This document shows, piece after piece, positions 27,352-39,566 of a stretch of 64,000 nt of DNA. The DNA is from Chloroflexota bacterium. GTDB lineage: Bacteria > Chloroflexota > Limnocylindria > Limnocylindrales > CSP1-4. The stretch's first letter is position 1. The number at the start of each line of letters is the position of its first letter. The notes below the pieces were generated by a model. The model was given only the letters and a program-made list of their open reading frames with translations, was not told the origin of the DNA and made no database searches. The stretch covers positions 2,196 to 66,195 of the forward strand of contig JAJYLZ010000011.1 of the NCBI GenBank assembly GCA_021787395.1, written 5' to 3'. Position numbers and translations under genes: made by a program.

Positions 27352-28713
27352 TCAGTTGAGGTTGAGCAGGCCGTAGCCGTGCTCCCCGTGCAGCTCGTGG
27401 TCCATCCCCGCCATCTCGCCCCCGCTGCCCAGCCGCAGCCCCAGCGTCCTGTCCACGAGCGCGATCAGCACCAGGCTCGCCGCCGCGCAGTACACGACGG
27501 TCGCGACGACGCCCGTCACCTGCACCCCGAGCTGTCCGAGCGCCGTCCGGCCGTCGGGCATCTCGCCCGCCCGGACGAACAGGGCCAGCAGGATCGCCCC
27601 GACCATGCCCGCGATGCCGTGGACCCCGAACACGTCGAGCGTGTCGTCGTAGCCGAGGCGGTTCTTGAGCAGGATCGCGCCGTAGCACAGGGCGGACGCG
27701 GCGAAGCCGAGCGCCACCGCCCCGGCCGGCTGCACCACCCCCGCGGCCGGGGTGATCACCACCAGGCCCGCCAGGATCCCCGAGGCGATGCCGAGGCTGG
27801 TCGCCTTCCGGTGGTGGACGGCCTCGATGCACATCCAGGCGAGCGCGCCGGCCGCCGCCGCCACCTGCGTCACCGCCAGCGCCTGGGCCGTCTTGACGCC
27901 GCTGCTGAGCGAGCTGCCGGCGTTGAACCCGAACCAGCCCACCCACAGCAGCCCGACGCCCATCAGCGCCATCACCAGGTTGTTCGGGTGCATGGCCGTG
28001 CGCGGATAGCCGCGCCTGGCGCCCAGGTACAGGGCCGCCACCAGGCCCGACACCCCGGCCGAGACGTGCACGACCGTGCCGCCCGCGAAGTCGATCGCCC
28101 CCATCTGCTGGAGCCAGCCGTCGGGGGCCCACACCCAGTGGCACAGCGGCGCGTAGACGAGCAGGCTCCACAGGGCGATGAACACCGCATAGCCCCGGAA
28201 GCGCACGCGCTCGGCGAAGGCGCCCGCGATCAGCGCCGGCGCGATGATCGCGAACTTCCCCTGGAACATCGCGAACACCAGGTCCGGGACGCCGTCCTTG
28301 CCCACCGTCGCGTCCACGTCCCGCAGCAGGACGTGGCCGGGGTCCCAGCCGATCCAGCCGCCGAGGGTGTTGGGCCCGAAGGCGAGCGCGAAGCCGACGG
28401 TCGCCCAGAGCACGCCGATGATCGCCATGGCCGAGAAGCTGTGCATCATCGTTCCCAGCACGTTCTTGGTCCGGACGAGGCCGCCGTAGAACATGGCCAG
28501 GCCCGGGACCATGAGCAGGACCAGGGCGGTCGAGACCAGCATCCAGGCAGTGGCCCCCGAGTCCACGGCGGGCTGGGGCGGCAGGACCGCGGGGTGCGCG
28601 TCGGGCCAGGCCACCACGAACGAGGCGACGAGGACCGCCAGCAGCCCGAGCGCGGGCAGGGCCGTGCGGGCGGGGAAGCGGAGCGTCGAGGGGATCGTTC
28701 GCGCAGCCAGCAT
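27352..28713 (-). CDS. amtB: Ammonium transporter
   Basis: DSGATAWMLVSTALVLLMVPGLAMFYGG, DFAGGTVVH and VFGVHGIAGMVGA motifs. ATG 28713 follows CAGGAGGA. Confidence 0.9.
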   Translation of the reverse strand: MLAARTIPSTLRFPARTALPALGLLAVLVASFVVAWPDAHPAVLPPQPAVDSGATAWMLVSTALVLLMVPGLAMFYGGLVRTKNVLGTMMHSFSAMAIIGVLWATVGFALAFGPNTLGGWIGWDPGHVLLRDVDATVGKDGVPDLVFAMFQGKFAIIAPALIAGAFAERVRFRGYAVFIALWSLLVYAPLCHWVWAPDGWLQQMGAIDFAGGTVVHVSAGVSGLVAALYLGARRGYPRTAMHPNNLVMALMGVGLLWVGWFGFNAGSSLSSGVKTAQALAVTQVAAAAGALAWMCIEAVHHRKATSLGIASGILAGLVVITPAAGVVQPAGAVALGFAASALCYGAILLKNRLGYDDTLDVFGVHGIAGMVGAILLALFVRAGEMPDGRTALGQLGVQVTGVVATVVYCAAASLVLIALVDRTLGLRLGSGGEMAGMDHELHGEHGYGLLNLN

Positions 28714-29225
28714 CGGGCGGTCCTCCTGGCGCGGGCGTCGGTCGGGGCGGGGCGTGGGTCGGGGTCGTCTCGGTCGCGGCCGCGCCCGCCGCAGAGCCGG
28801 CCTGATCGTAGGGGCGCGAGTCGGGCCGGACATGGAGTTCCCGGTTGCGGAGGGGCGACGATTTCGTGCCCCTTCGGCACGGCCCCCGCCGGCCGGGACA
28901 GCGCGTCAGGGGCGCCTGTCGGGCCGGCTTTCCGCACCTTCCGAAAACGCCCGCGACCGCCGCGCGGATCCGTGCGGGCGGCCCGCTGGGCCGGACTCAC
29001 GCGAGGCCGATCCCTCCGCGCTGGCGCTCCCCGACGCCGTGACCGCCGAGTGCGTGGACCGGGCCGCCCGCTCGCCGCGGCGGCGCCCGCGCTGTGCGCC
29101 CGGGCGCCGACCGGACGTCCGCTCCCTGCGGAGATCAGGTGGCACGGCGGCGGACGCTCAGGTCGCGGCCGCCAGACCCGGCGAGGCCGCCGGCAGCCCG
29201 GGCGCGGGGCCGGCGGGGCACCCGC

Positions 29226-31268
29226 CTAGAGGAGCGCGTCCCGCTCGAAGGGCACGTCGTTGAGGTGCTCGTCGAGGAACCCGAGCACCGTCGCGTACCA
29301 GAGCCTCGCGTTCTGGGGCTTCAGGACCCAGTGGTTCTCGTCGGGGAAATAGAGGAACCGGCCGGGCACGCCGAGTCGGCGCATGTCGGTCCACAGCGTG
29401 AGGGCCTCGCTGATCGGCACCCGGGCGTCGAGCTCCCCGTGGATCACCAGCATCGGCGTCCGGAACTCGGCCATCTGCTTCAGGAACTCGCGCGGCGACC
29501 AGTCGCGGTAGGCCTTGGGGTCCTGGTACACGTCGCCCATCTCGTGCTCCCACGCCGGGCCGTGGTCGGTCGTTCCGTGGAAGCCCACCAGCTCGTAGAG
29601 CGACGCGTGCGTGACGATGCACCGGAACCGATCGGTGTGGCCGGCCACCCAGTTCGCCATGTAGCCGCCGTAGGAGCCGCCCATCAGCGCCACCCGCGCG
29701 GGGTCGAGGTCGTTCCGCGCGAGGGCGGCGTCGGTGAGGGCCATGACGTCGGTGAACGGGTTGCCGCCCCACTGGCCCCAGCCGCGGTCCAGCATGCCCT
29801 GGCCGTAGCCGGTTGAGAAGGCCGGGTCGGGGAGGAGCACCGCGAAGCCGCGCGCCGTCAGGACGTGCGGGTTCCAGCGCCAGTGCCAGCCGTTCCACGA
29901 CGAGAGCGGGCCCCCGTGGACGAACACCACGAGCGGCGCCTTGACCAGCGCGGAGGCGGAATCGGGGCGCACCAGCCAGGCGCAGACCTCGGTGCCGTCG
30001 GCGGCGGTGGCGCAGACGCGATCGACGACGCTGTGGGACACGGGGCCGCCGTCGTCGATGGAGTTGTCGAGCTCGACAGGCGTCTGGTCCGCGGTCCGGG
30101 CGTCGAAGCGCACGATGCGCGGCGGCGTCGCGATGTCCGACATCAGCGCGAACACCGTGGTGCCGTCCGGCGTGACGCACAGGTCCGAGACGTGCCCGGC
30201 GGCCGTGAGGCGGGTGGCCCGGCCCTCCGGCAGGTCCACGCGGTAGGCCGAGTGCAGGCCCGCGTCGTCGGAGTCGAAGAACAGGGTCGAGGCGTCGGGA
30301 CCCCAGGTGGGGGCCTCCGGCCGCCGGTCGAGCTCGCCCGCGAGCTCGCGCTGCTCGCCGGACGCCACGTCGATCAGGACCAGCGAGTGGCGCTCCGGCT
30401 CGCCGGGGGAGGCGTAGCTGAACCGCGTCGCGGCGACCGTCCTGCCGTCCGGCGAGACGGCGCAGTCGCTGTAGGCCGCCTCCCGGTGCGTCAGCTGGCG
30501 CACCGCGCCGCTGGCCGTGTCGTAGACGACCAGGTCGTCCCAGGTCTCGGGGAACCCGCCCGGCACGCGGCGGACGGCCACCGTGAACGAGCCGTCCGGG
30601 GCGACGTCGAAGGCGCCCTCCTCGAAGGTGAACCCGCCGACCTCCGGCTCGAGGTCGCGCGGTTCGCCGATCCTGTCCTCGCCCTCGGGCACCGCGGCCG
30701 CGAACAGCCGCCGGTGGCGCGGCCCGAGGTAGTGGTCCCAGTGGCGGATCGGGTACTCGTCGAACAGCAGGGCCTTGACGCCCGCGTCCCGGCGCGCCTT
30801 CTCCTTCGCCTCGTCCTCGGCCAGGTCGGCGGCGCCGCGATGGACCATGGCCCCGAAGGCCACCGTGCGCGAGGCGCGCGCGGTCGCGATGCCGTCGATG
30901 CCGCCGTCCGGGCTGGCCACGGGCCGCGCCTCGCCGCCGTCCGCGGGCAGGAGCCACAGCGAGCGGATCGGGTGCGCGTCGTCGCCCGAGGGCGCCTTGA
31001 CGTCCGGATCCGGGCGCGTCGAGGCGAACAGCAGCGACCCGTCGGGCAGGAACGCATGGCCGCCCGACTCGCCGGCCACCGAGCGCGTCAGGCGCCGGGC
31101 CAGGGAGCGGCCCTCCGCGTCCACCTGCCACAGGGCGGTGGCCATCTTCTTGCCGTCGGGCGCCACGGTGCCCACGGCCACGACGAGTCGCCGGCCGTCG
31201 GGGCTCAGCCGCAGGGAGGAGAGGCGCGGGAGCGCGAGCAGGCGCTCCACCGAGAACGGTTCTGTCAT
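29226..31268 (-). CDS. S9-family serine peptidase (prolyl oligopeptidase / acylaminoacyl peptidase-like) with an N-terminal beta-propeller
   Basis: N-terminal propeller-like repeats ([24 protein letters not shown]). C-terminal alpha/beta hydrolase with GGSYGGYM (nucleophile Ser), then HGELDARVP and ENHW. Confidence 0.85.
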   Translation of the reverse strand: MTEPFSVERLLALPRLSSLRLSPDGRRLVVAVGTVAPDGKKMATALWQVDAEGRSLARRLTRSVAGESGGHAFLPDGSLLFASTRPDPDVKAPSGDDAHPIRSLWLLPADGGEARPVASPDGGIDGIATARASRTVAFGAMVHRGAADLAEDEAKEKARRDAGVKALLFDEYPIRHWDHYLGPRHRRLFAAAVPEGEDRIGEPRDLEPEVGGFTFEEGAFDVAPDGSFTVAVRRVPGGFPETWDDLVVYDTASGAVRQLTHREAAYSDCAVSPDGRTVAATRFSYASPGEPERHSLVLIDVASGEQRELAGELDRRPEAPTWGPDASTLFFDSDDAGLHSAYRVDLPEGRATRLTAAGHVSDLCVTPDGTTVFALMSDIATPPRIVRFDARTADQTPVELDNSIDDGGPVSHSVVDRVCATAADGTEVCAWLVRPDSASALVKAPLVVFVHGGPLSSWNGWHWRWNPHVLTARGFAVLLPDPAFSTGYGQGMLDRGWGQWGGNPFTDVMALTDAALARNDLDPARVALMGGSYGGYMANWVAGHTDRFRCIVTHASLYELVGFHGTTDHGPAWEHEMGDVYQDPKAYRDWSPREFLKQMAEFRTPMLVIHGELDARVPISEALTLWTDMRRLGVPGRFLYFPDENHWVLKPQNARLWYATVLGFLDEHLNDVPFERDALL

Positions 31269-31399
31269 GGCCCCATGATGCCCCGGTTCGGCCCTCCCGG
31301 CGCGCGCCCGAGTGGGCCCCGGCCGTGCCGCCGGCCCTCGGACCGCAGGACATCGAACATCTGTACGAAACGACAGCGAACCTGCTAGACTCCCGGGCG

Positions 31400-32473
31400 A
31401 TGACCGACGACGCCCTGAGCCTGCTGGCGGCCGGCGCCTCCGAGCCCGGCGAGCTCGCCGTGGAGGGCTCGCTCCGCCCGCGGACGCTCGACGAGTACAT
31501 CGGGCAGCGCGAGGTCAAGGCCAGCCTGAGCGTGCTGCTCCAAGCGGCGCGGGCGCGGGGCGAGGCGGCGGACCACGTCCTCCTGTACGGCCCGCCCGGC
31601 CTCGGCAAGACCACGCTGGCCACGATCATCGCCCGAGAGCTGGGCGTCAACGTGCGCTACACCAGCGGCCCCGCCATCGAGCGGGCAGGGGACCTGGCGG
31701 CCATCCTCACCGCCCTCGACGAGCGGGACGTCCTGTTCATCGACGAGATCCACCGCCTTAACCGCGCCGTGGAGGAGATCCTCTACCCGGCGATGGAGGA
31801 CTTCGCGCTCGACGTTATGATCGGCAAGGGGCCGAGCGCGCGGAGCCTGCGCCTCTCGCTCAAGCCGTTCACCGTGGTGGGCGCCACCACGCGCGCCGGG
31901 CGCATCAGCGGGCCGCTCCGGGACCGGTTCGGCATGACCTACCGCCTGGACTTCTACGGCGAGGACGAACTGGCCGCCATCGTCCAGCGCTCGGCGGGGA
32001 TCCTGGGCGTAGCCGTGGACGCGGACGCCGCGCGCCTGATCGCCAAGCGCGGCCGCGGCACGCCGCGCATCGTCAACCGGCTGCTGCGCCGGGTTCGCGA
32101 CCACGCCGAGGTCCACGGCGACGGATCGGTCCACGTGCAGGCGGTGCGGGAGGCCATGGCCGTCCTCGACATCGACGACCTCGGCCTCGACACTACCGAC
32201 CGCAAGCTGCTGGCGGCGATCGTGCAGAAGTTCGGCTCCGGGCCGGTCGGCGTGCAGGCGCTGGCGGCCGTCCTGGCCGAGGAGGCCGACACGATCGAGG
32301 ACGTGTACGAGCCGTACCTGCTGCGGCTGGGATTCCTGGACCGCACGCCCCAGGGCCGCATCGCCACGGAGCCCGCCCGCCAGCACCTGGCCGCGCTCGG
32401 CTTCGACATCCCCGCGCCCCGCCGCCCGGAGCCCGACATGCCGGCGCTCTGGGACGACCTGCCGAGCCGGTGA
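31400..32473 (+). CDS. ruvB: Holliday junction branch migration DNA helicase RuvB
   Basis: [48 protein letters not shown] and [13 protein letters not shown] motifs. Confidence 0.95.
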   Translation: MTDDALSLLAAGASEPGELAVEGSLRPRTLDEYIGQREVKASLSVLLQAARARGEAADHVLLYGPPGLGKTTLATIIARELGVNVRYTSGPAIERAGDLAAILTALDERDVLFIDEIHRLNRAVEEILYPAMEDFALDVMIGKGPSARSLRLSLKPFTVVGATTRAGRISGPLRDRFGMTYRLDFYGEDELAAIVQRSAGILGVAVDADAARLIAKRGRGTPRIVNRLLRRVRDHAEVHGDGSVHVQAVREAMAVLDIDDLGLDTTDRKLLAAIVQKFGSGPVGVQALAAVLAEEADTIEDVYEPYLLRLGFLDRTPQGRIATEPARQHLAALGFDIPAPRRPEPDMPALWDDLPSR

Positions 32474-32697
32474 CCGCCACGGTGGAGCCGATCGGTCGGG
32501 TGCTGATCGTCGTGGGGCTGGCGATCGCCGCCGCTGGCGCGGTGCTGGTGCTCGGCCCGCGGCTGCCGCTGCTGGGGCACCTGCCCGGCGACATCACCCT
32601 CCGCCGGGACGGGCTGACCGTGTTCATCCCGCTCGGCACGATGGTCCTGCTGTCCGTCGTCGCGTCCGTGGTCCTGTCGCTGCTCGGGCGCCGCTGA
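32470..32697 (+). CDS. DUF2905-family small membrane protein
   Basis: 75 aa with two TM helices flanking GHLPGDI.LRRDG, as in DUF2905/YrzS-type proteins that often follow ruvB. GTG overlaps the ruvB stop. Confidence 0.65.
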   Translation: MTATVEPIGRVLIVVGLAIAAAGAVLVLGPRLPLLGHLPGDITLRRDGLTVFIPLGTMVLLSVVASVVLSLLGRR

Positions 32698-32700
32698 CCC

Positions 32701-33861
32701 GTGCCCGGCGCGTCCCGCTTCGAGGTCCTCGTCCCGCCGCCCCGGGACGGCTCGACGCGCGCACGGCTCGGTCGCCTGCACCTCCCGCACGGCGTCGTGG
32801 ACACGCCGCAGTTCATGCCGGTGGGCACCAACGCCACGATCAAGGCGCTCCACCCCGACGAGGTGCGGGACGCGGGGGCCAGCATCATCCTCGCCAACAC
32901 CTACCACCTCTACCTCCGGCCCGGACACGAGCGGATCGAGCGCCTCGGCGGGCTGCACGCCTTCATGGGCTGGGACGGGCCGATCCTGACCGACTCGGGC
33001 GGCTTCCAGGTGGTCTCGCTCGGCGACCTGCGGGTGATCGACGACGGCGGGGTCACGTTCAAGAGCCACCTCGACGGCACCGTCCACCGGTTCACGCCCG
33101 AGCACTCGATCGAGGTGCAGCAGGCCCTGGGGCCCGACATCGCCGTCGCGTTCGACCACCCCGTGTTCCCCAGCTCGCCGCGGCCCGTGGTGGAGGACGC
33201 GCTGCGCCGGACGCACCTGTGGGCGGAGCGCTCGCTGGCGGCGCACCGGCGATCCGACCAGGCGCTGTTCGGCATCGTCCAGGGCGGGCTCGACCCCGAG
33301 CTGCGCGAGGAGAGCGCACGGTTCATCGCCGGGCTGCCGTTCGACGGGATCAACATCGGGGGCCTCGCCGGCGACGAGACCCCAGAGCAGCGCAACGCCA
33401 CGCTCGACCTGACCGTGCCGCTGCTCGACGGCGACCCGCGGCCGCGCTACCTCATGGGCCTGGGGTCGCCGCTCGACCTGCTCGAGGCCGTCCACCGCGG
33501 CATCGACCTGTTCGACTCGGTGCTCCCGGCGCGGGTGGCGCGCAACGGGCAGCTGTGGGTCCCCGGCGGCCGCCTCAACCTCCGGAACGAGCAGTTCAAG
33601 GACGATCCGCGCCCCGTCCAGGAGGGCTGCCGCTGCCCGCTCTGCACGCGGTTCTCGCGGGCCTACCTGAGCCACCTGTTCCGGGCCAAGGAGATGCTCG
33701 CGTACCGTCTCGCGACTTGTCACAACCTGACCTTCACCCTAGACTTCATGGCCGGGATCCGGGCCGCCTTGCGCGCCGGAACCTTCCCCGCGGAGCTGCC
33801 GGATCTGCGCCGTCGCGCCGTCCGGATGAGTGGCGGCGAAGGGGCCGCAAAGCCCGCGTGA
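32701..33861 (+). CDS. tgt: Queuine tRNA-ribosyltransferase
   Basis: TPQFMPVGT, ILANTYHL, TDSGGFQV and zinc site CRCPLC...H. Confidence 0.95.
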   Translation: MPGASRFEVLVPPPRDGSTRARLGRLHLPHGVVDTPQFMPVGTNATIKALHPDEVRDAGASIILANTYHLYLRPGHERIERLGGLHAFMGWDGPILTDSGGFQVVSLGDLRVIDDGGVTFKSHLDGTVHRFTPEHSIEVQQALGPDIAVAFDHPVFPSSPRPVVEDALRRTHLWAERSLAAHRRSDQALFGIVQGGLDPELREESARFIAGLPFDGINIGGLAGDETPEQRNATLDLTVPLLDGDPRPRYLMGLGSPLDLLEAVHRGIDLFDSVLPARVARNGQLWVPGGRLNLRNEQFKDDPRPVQEGCRCPLCTRFSRAYLSHLFRAKEMLAYRLATCHNLTFTLDFMAGIRAALRAGTFPAELPDLRRRAVRMSGGEGAAKPA

Positions 33862-33900
33862 AGTCCCTGTCGGTATCGTCGCGAGACGTGGAGGCGCGCT

Positions 33901-34056
33901 ATGGGCTCGAGGGATCGCCCCCACAAGGAAGTCAAGAAGAAGCCGAAGGACAAGTCGTCCGCGCCGCACCTGGCGCCGCTGTCGGAGCCGCCCCAGCAGG
34001 CGGAGCTGATCCGGAAGCCGCGCAAGCCCCGGCGGGACGAGGAGTCGGAGGGCTGA
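33901..34056 (+). CDS. Small Lys/Arg-rich hypothetical protein (51 aa, below the ORF-track cutoff)
   Basis: ATG 33901 lies 6 nt after GGAGG and translates to MGSRDRPHKEVKKKPKDKSSAPHLAPLSEPPQQAELIRKPRKPRRDEESEG. Third codon positions are strongly GC-biased, like neighbouring genes. Confidence 0.4.
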   Translation: MGSRDRPHKEVKKKPKDKSSAPHLAPLSEPPQQAELIRKPRKPRRDEESEG

Positions 34057-34122
34057 CGTACCGGCCGGGCGGGTCCACCCCGCTCCGTCGGGCAGGCTGA
34101 AGCCGCCAGGAGCGAGGACGCC

Positions 34123-35187
34123 ATGACCACCGGCAGGGACCTTGATTCACGCACCGGGGAGAAGACGTCCGCCGAGCGCGGGCGCGCCGTCGACGCTGCC
34201 ATCCTCGCCATCGAGAAGCAGTTCGGCCGCGGGTCGATCATGAAGCTCGGCTCGGCCGAGAAGCTCGCGGTCGAGTCCATCCCCACCGGGTCGATCGCCC
34301 TCGACCTCGCGCTCGGCGTCGGCGGCATCCCGCGCGGCCGCATCGTCGAGGTGTTCGGCCCCGAGTCCTCGGGCAAGACCACCCTCTGCCAGCACGTCAT
34401 CGCCGAGGCGCAGCGCAAGGGCGGCATCGCCGCGTTCATCGACGTGGAGCACGCGCTCGACCCGGCCTACGCGCGCGCCTGCGGCGTGAACGTGGACGAG
34501 CTGCTGGTCAGCCAGCCGGACACGGGCGAGCAGGCCCTCGAGATCACCGAGACCCTCATCCGCTCCGGCGGGGTGGACATCGTGGTCGTGGACTCCGTGG
34601 CGGCGCTGGTGCCGCGGGCGGAGATCGAGGGCGAGATGGGCGACAGCTTCGTCGGCATCCAGGCCCGCCTGATGAGCCAGGCCCTGCGCAAGCTGACCGG
34701 CGCCGTGTCCCGCTCCAACTGCGCCCTGGTCTTCACCAACCAGCTGCGCGAGAAGATCGGCGTCATGTTCGGCAACCCGGAGACGACCCCCGGCGGCCGC
34801 GCGCTCAAGTTCTACGCCTCGGTCCGCCTCGACATCCGCCGGGTCGAGACCATCAAGAGCGGCACCGAATCGGTGGGCAACCGGGTCCGGGTCAAGGTGG
34901 TGAAGAACAAGGTCTCCCCGCCGTTCCGGGTCGCCGAGTTCGACGTGATGTACGGCGAGGGGATCAGCAAGGAGGGCGGCCTCCTGGACGTCGGCGTCGC
35001 GATGGACGTCGTGGCCAAGACCGGCGCCTGGTTCAACTTCGCCGACACCCGGCTGGGCCAGGGCCGCGAGGCCGCCAAGGAGTTCCTCAAGATCAACGGG
35101 GACGTGGCGGCGGAGATCGACCGGCGGATCCGGGCCAAGATGTCCGACGTGGCGCTGCCGGTGGAGGGCATCGAGGAGGCGGAGTAG
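34123..35187 (+). CDS. recA: Recombinase RecA
   Basis: [26 protein letters not shown] and VVDSVAAL motifs. Confidence 0.97.
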   Translation: MTTGRDLDSRTGEKTSAERGRAVDAAILAIEKQFGRGSIMKLGSAEKLAVESIPTGSIALDLALGVGGIPRGRIVEVFGPESSGKTTLCQHVIAEAQRKGGIAAFIDVEHALDPAYARACGVNVDELLVSQPDTGEQALEITETLIRSGGVDIVVVDSVAALVPRAEIEGEMGDSFVGIQARLMSQALRKLTGAVSRSNCALVFTNQLREKIGVMFGNPETTPGGRALKFYASVRLDIRRVETIKSGTESVGNRVRVKVVKNKVSPPFRVAEFDVMYGEGISKEGGLLDVGVAMDVVAKTGAWFNFADTRLGQGREAAKEFLKINGDVAAEIDRRIRAKMSDVALPVEGIEEAE

Positions 35188-35209
35188 GGCCGCCGAGCAG
35201 GGCTGCCGA

Positions 35210-35824
35210 GTGAGCGACGAGCGGACCGGCCGGCCGCCGCGCCCCCGCAGGCCGACGCCCGCCGAGCGGCGCGAGCAGCGGGCCCGATCGGACGACCCGG
35301 CCGAGGTGCTCGACGCCGCGGCGCGGCTGCTGGAGGCGCGCCCGCGCTCCGAGGACGAGGTCCGCCGCAAGCTGCTGCGGCTGGGCTACCGCGCGGAACT
35401 GGTGGACGAGGCGGTGGCGAGGCTGCTCGCGCTCGGCTACCTCGACGACGAGGCGTTCGCCCGCTCCTGGGTGGAGTCCCGCGACCGGGCCCGCCCGCGG
35501 GGCGAGCACGCCCTTCGGCGCGAGCTGGGCCAGCGCGGCGTGGACCGCGCCCTGATCGACGAGGTCCTCGGCGACCGGCGCGATGCGTCGACTGGGGCCG
35601 GCGGCGAGGCGCCGGCCAGCCCCGACGAGGCGGCGGCGGAGCGCCTGCTGGCCAAGAAGCTGGCGCCCATCCTGCGCGAGCCGGACCCGCGGCGCCGCCT
35701 GCAGCGGGCGTACGCCCTGCTGGCCCGGAACGGCTTCTCGCCGGACGTGTGCTCGTCGGTGGCGCGGCGGGCACTGGCCACGGGCGCGGCCGAGGGCGGG
35801 GGCGAGGACGACGGGGCGGGGTGA
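35210..35824 (+). CDS. recX: Regulatory protein RecX
   Basis: Position after recA. The repeated three-helix pattern ...R.RSE.EVR.KL...GY....V..A...L...GYLDD..FA..W... is typical of RecX. Confidence 0.85.
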   Translation: MSDERTGRPPRPRRPTPAERREQRARSDDPAEVLDAAARLLEARPRSEDEVRRKLLRLGYRAELVDEAVARLLALGYLDDEAFARSWVESRDRARPRGEHALRRELGQRGVDRALIDEVLGDRRDASTGAGGEAPASPDEAAAERLLAKKLAPILREPDPRRRLQRAYALLARNGFSPDVCSSVARRALATGAAEGGGEDDGAG

Positions 35825-35933
35825 CCGCCGCACGCCCGGCGTCCGCAGAGCGTCCGGGCCATCGAGGCGCTCGGCGGTCGCGACGGCAGGGCGCCCCGGA
35901 GCGTCGAGGGCGGGCTCGACGGACAGCGCGGTT

Positions 35934-36092
35934 GGACTCCCGGTCCAGACTTCCGGCAGACGGCGGGCGGCCGCCGGACCGCGGGTCCGGGCACGACGGC
36001 GAAGCGCGGCCGTAGGCGGCCGGTTCCGCCGTCGGGTGGACCCACGGTCCAGCCAGCAGCGGAGGGCCGCCAGAAGTCTGGACTGTCAGTCC
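35934..36092. repeat. 159-nt element bounded by 20-nt imperfect terminal inverted repeats
   Basis: GGACTcccgGTCCAGACTTC (35934-35953) matches the reverse complement of GAAGTCTGGACtgtcAGTCC (36073-36092) at 16 of 20 positions, including 11 contiguous. The interior is rich in sub-hairpins (e.g. GGACCgcgGGTCC at 35976-35988). Confidence 0.5.
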
Positions 36093-37027
36093 ACGGCCTG
36101 CGTGGCGAGCACCGCGTGGACCTCGCGCGCGACGGCGGCCACGAGCGCCGGGCCTGCCGCCGTCTCGTCCAGCCCCTCGGTGAGCACGACCAGGACGTAG
36201 GGCGGGGCGGCGGCCGGGTACACCACCCCCGCATCGTGGTAGAGGGACGCGATCCAGCCCGTCTTGTGGGCGACCCGCGTCCCGGTCGGCAGGCCGGCCG
36301 GGATCCCCTCGTTGAACTCCTGCGCCGCGAGGACGTCGAGCATCGCGGCGCACGCGTCGGGCGGCGCAGCGGACCCGTCGGCGATCCGCTCCAGCAGGTC
36401 CGCCAGTCCGGCCGCGGTGACCGTGCTGTTGCGCCCGGCCGCGAACGCCGCGTCGTCGCCGACCCCGCGCACGACGTTGACGCCCTCGACGCCGAGCCGC
36501 CGCACCGTGGCGTCGATCGCCTCGGCGCCCAGCCCGTCCACCAGCAGGTTGGTGGCGAGGTTGCTGCTGCGGACGACCATCCGGCGGGCCAGCTCGCCGA
36601 CGGGGACGGCCTCGCCCTCGAGCGCGTAGAGGCCGTCGTCCGAGTCCTCGGCTGCGTCCAGGGCGAAGGGCTCCCCGCCGACCAGGCTCCGGAACGCGTT
36701 GCGCACGGTGACCCGCCCGTCGAGCGCGAGCGCCCCCAGCCAGGTGCGTCGGTACACCTCCAGCAGCACCGCCACCTTCATCGTGGACGCCGCGTAGAAC
36801 GGCTCGTCGGCGGCGATCGAGACCGCCAGCGGCTCGCCCAGCCTCCCCGCCGCCACGCCGACGCGGGCTGCTCCCGACGCGGCGATGACCCGCCTGACCG
36901 TCGCCTCGAGCCCGTCCACCGCGCCACCATACCCGCCCGGCGCGGGTTGCGAGCCGGTTTCGGGGGGAAGCGGTAGGCTACGCGCACCGGATGCGGACCT
37001 GCGGGCCGCCCGGGCGAGCTGAAGCAT
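36086..37027 (-). CDS. Class A beta-lactamase-related serine hydrolase
   Basis: STMK (SxxK), SSN (SxN) and KTG motifs in the right order and spacing. The start is uncertain (ATG 37027 chosen). Confidence 0.75.
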   Translation of the reverse strand: MLQLARAARRSASGARSLPLPPETGSQPAPGGYGGAVDGLEATVRRVIAASGAARVGVAAGRLGEPLAVSIAADEPFYAASTMKVAVLLEVYRRTWLGALALDGRVTVRNAFRSLVGGEPFALDAAEDSDDGLYALEGEAVPVGELARRMVVRSSNLATNLLVDGLGAEAIDATVRRLGVEGVNVVRGVGDDAAFAAGRNSTVTAAGLADLLERIADGSAAPPDACAAMLDVLAAQEFNEGIPAGLPTGTRVAHKTGWIASLYHDAGVVYPAAAPPYVLVVLTEGLDETAAGPALVAAVAREVHAVLATQAVD

Positions 37028-37157
37028 CGACCTGAGGTCGGATCCGAGCCGAGTGGCTCCCGGCCCCGTGCCCAACGCGAAAGGTCGGCGCTCCGGGCCC
37101 GATCGACTCGTCAAACGCCCACGGCCCATTCACCCGGCCGCGGGGGAGGATCCGAAT

Positions 37158-38687
<1,530 letters not shown>

Positions 38688-38699
38688 GCTGTCGCGCCC

Positions 38700-39563
38700 G
38701 TGGCACCCCGCAGCGACCGAGCCGGGCTCGGCAACCCGCCCAACGGCAACGCCCCGCGCCCGGCCGGCGCCTGCCGCGTGCTGATGATCGGCGACGTCAT
38801 CGGCAAGCCGGGGCGGCTGGCGGTCGAGCAGGTGCTGCCGGGGCTGCGCGACGAGCGGGGGATCGACTTCGTCACCGCCAACGGCGAGAACCTCGCCGGC
38901 GGCATGGGCCTGACCGCGTCCACGGCCGACGCCCTGTTCGCCGCCGGCGTGGACGTCATCACCAGCGGCAACCACATCTGGGACAAGCGCGAGATCTACC
39001 CGGTCCTCGACCTGAGCGACCGGATCCTGCGCCCCCTCAACTACGGCACGCACGACGTCCCCGGCAGGGGCTGGGGCGTCTACACGGCGCTCGACGGCTC
39101 GGAGCTCGTGGTGGTCAACCTGCAGGGCCGCACCTACATGCAGCCGATCGACAACCCGTTCACCGAGGCGGACCGGCTGCTCGACGAGGCGGCGGACCCG
39201 CTGCCGCCGATCCGCCTGGTGGACTTCCACTGCGAGATCACGTCCGAGAAGAACGCCCTGGGGCTGTACCTCGACGGGCGCGTGTCGGCCGTGGTGGGCA
39301 CCCACACCCACGTGGTGACCGGCGACGAGCGCATCCTGCCGCGGGGCACCGCCTACCAGAGCGACCTGGGCATGACCGGCCCGCTGTGGAGCGTCATCGG
39401 CTTCGACCCGGCGACCGTGCTGCCGCGCTTCATCAACGCGCTGCCGACGCGGTTCGAGGTGGGGGACGGGCCGGTGGTCCTCAACGCCTGCCAGATCGAC
39501 GTCGACCCCGCCACGGGCCAGGCGCTCCAGATCGAGCGCGTCGCGCGGCTCGTCGACCTCTAG
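38700..39563 (+). CDS. ymdB: YmdB-family metallophosphoesterase (2',3'-cyclic-nucleotide 2'-phosphodiesterase)
   Basis: VLMIGDVIGKPGR, TANGENLAGG, ITSGNHIWDK, DFH.E.TSEK and GTHTHV motifs. It lies immediately downstream of rny, as in Bacillus. Confidence 0.85.
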   Translation: MAPRSDRAGLGNPPNGNAPRPAGACRVLMIGDVIGKPGRLAVEQVLPGLRDERGIDFVTANGENLAGGMGLTASTADALFAAGVDVITSGNHIWDKREIYPVLDLSDRILRPLNYGTHDVPGRGWGVYTALDGSELVVVNLQGRTYMQPIDNPFTEADRLLDEAADPLPPIRLVDFHCEITSEKNALGLYLDGRVSAVVGTHTHVVTGDERILPRGTAYQSDLGMTGPLWSVIGFDPATVLPRFINALPTRFEVGDGPVVLNACQIDVDPATGQALQIERVARLVDL

Positions 39564-39566
39564 ACG

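Noticed and set aside
28714-28833. Longer amtB start at 28833
   Set aside because: The extension is a Pro/Arg-rich, non-hydrophobic sequence. A strong SD (CAGGAGGA) precedes ATG 28713, which begins directly with the expected signal/TM segment.
28862-28885. Sigma-54 promoter upstream of amtB (GGCACG-N4-CGTCGC on the minus strand)
   Set aside because: The -12 element does not match TTGC, and the spacing is off. No sigma-54 activator gene is in the window.
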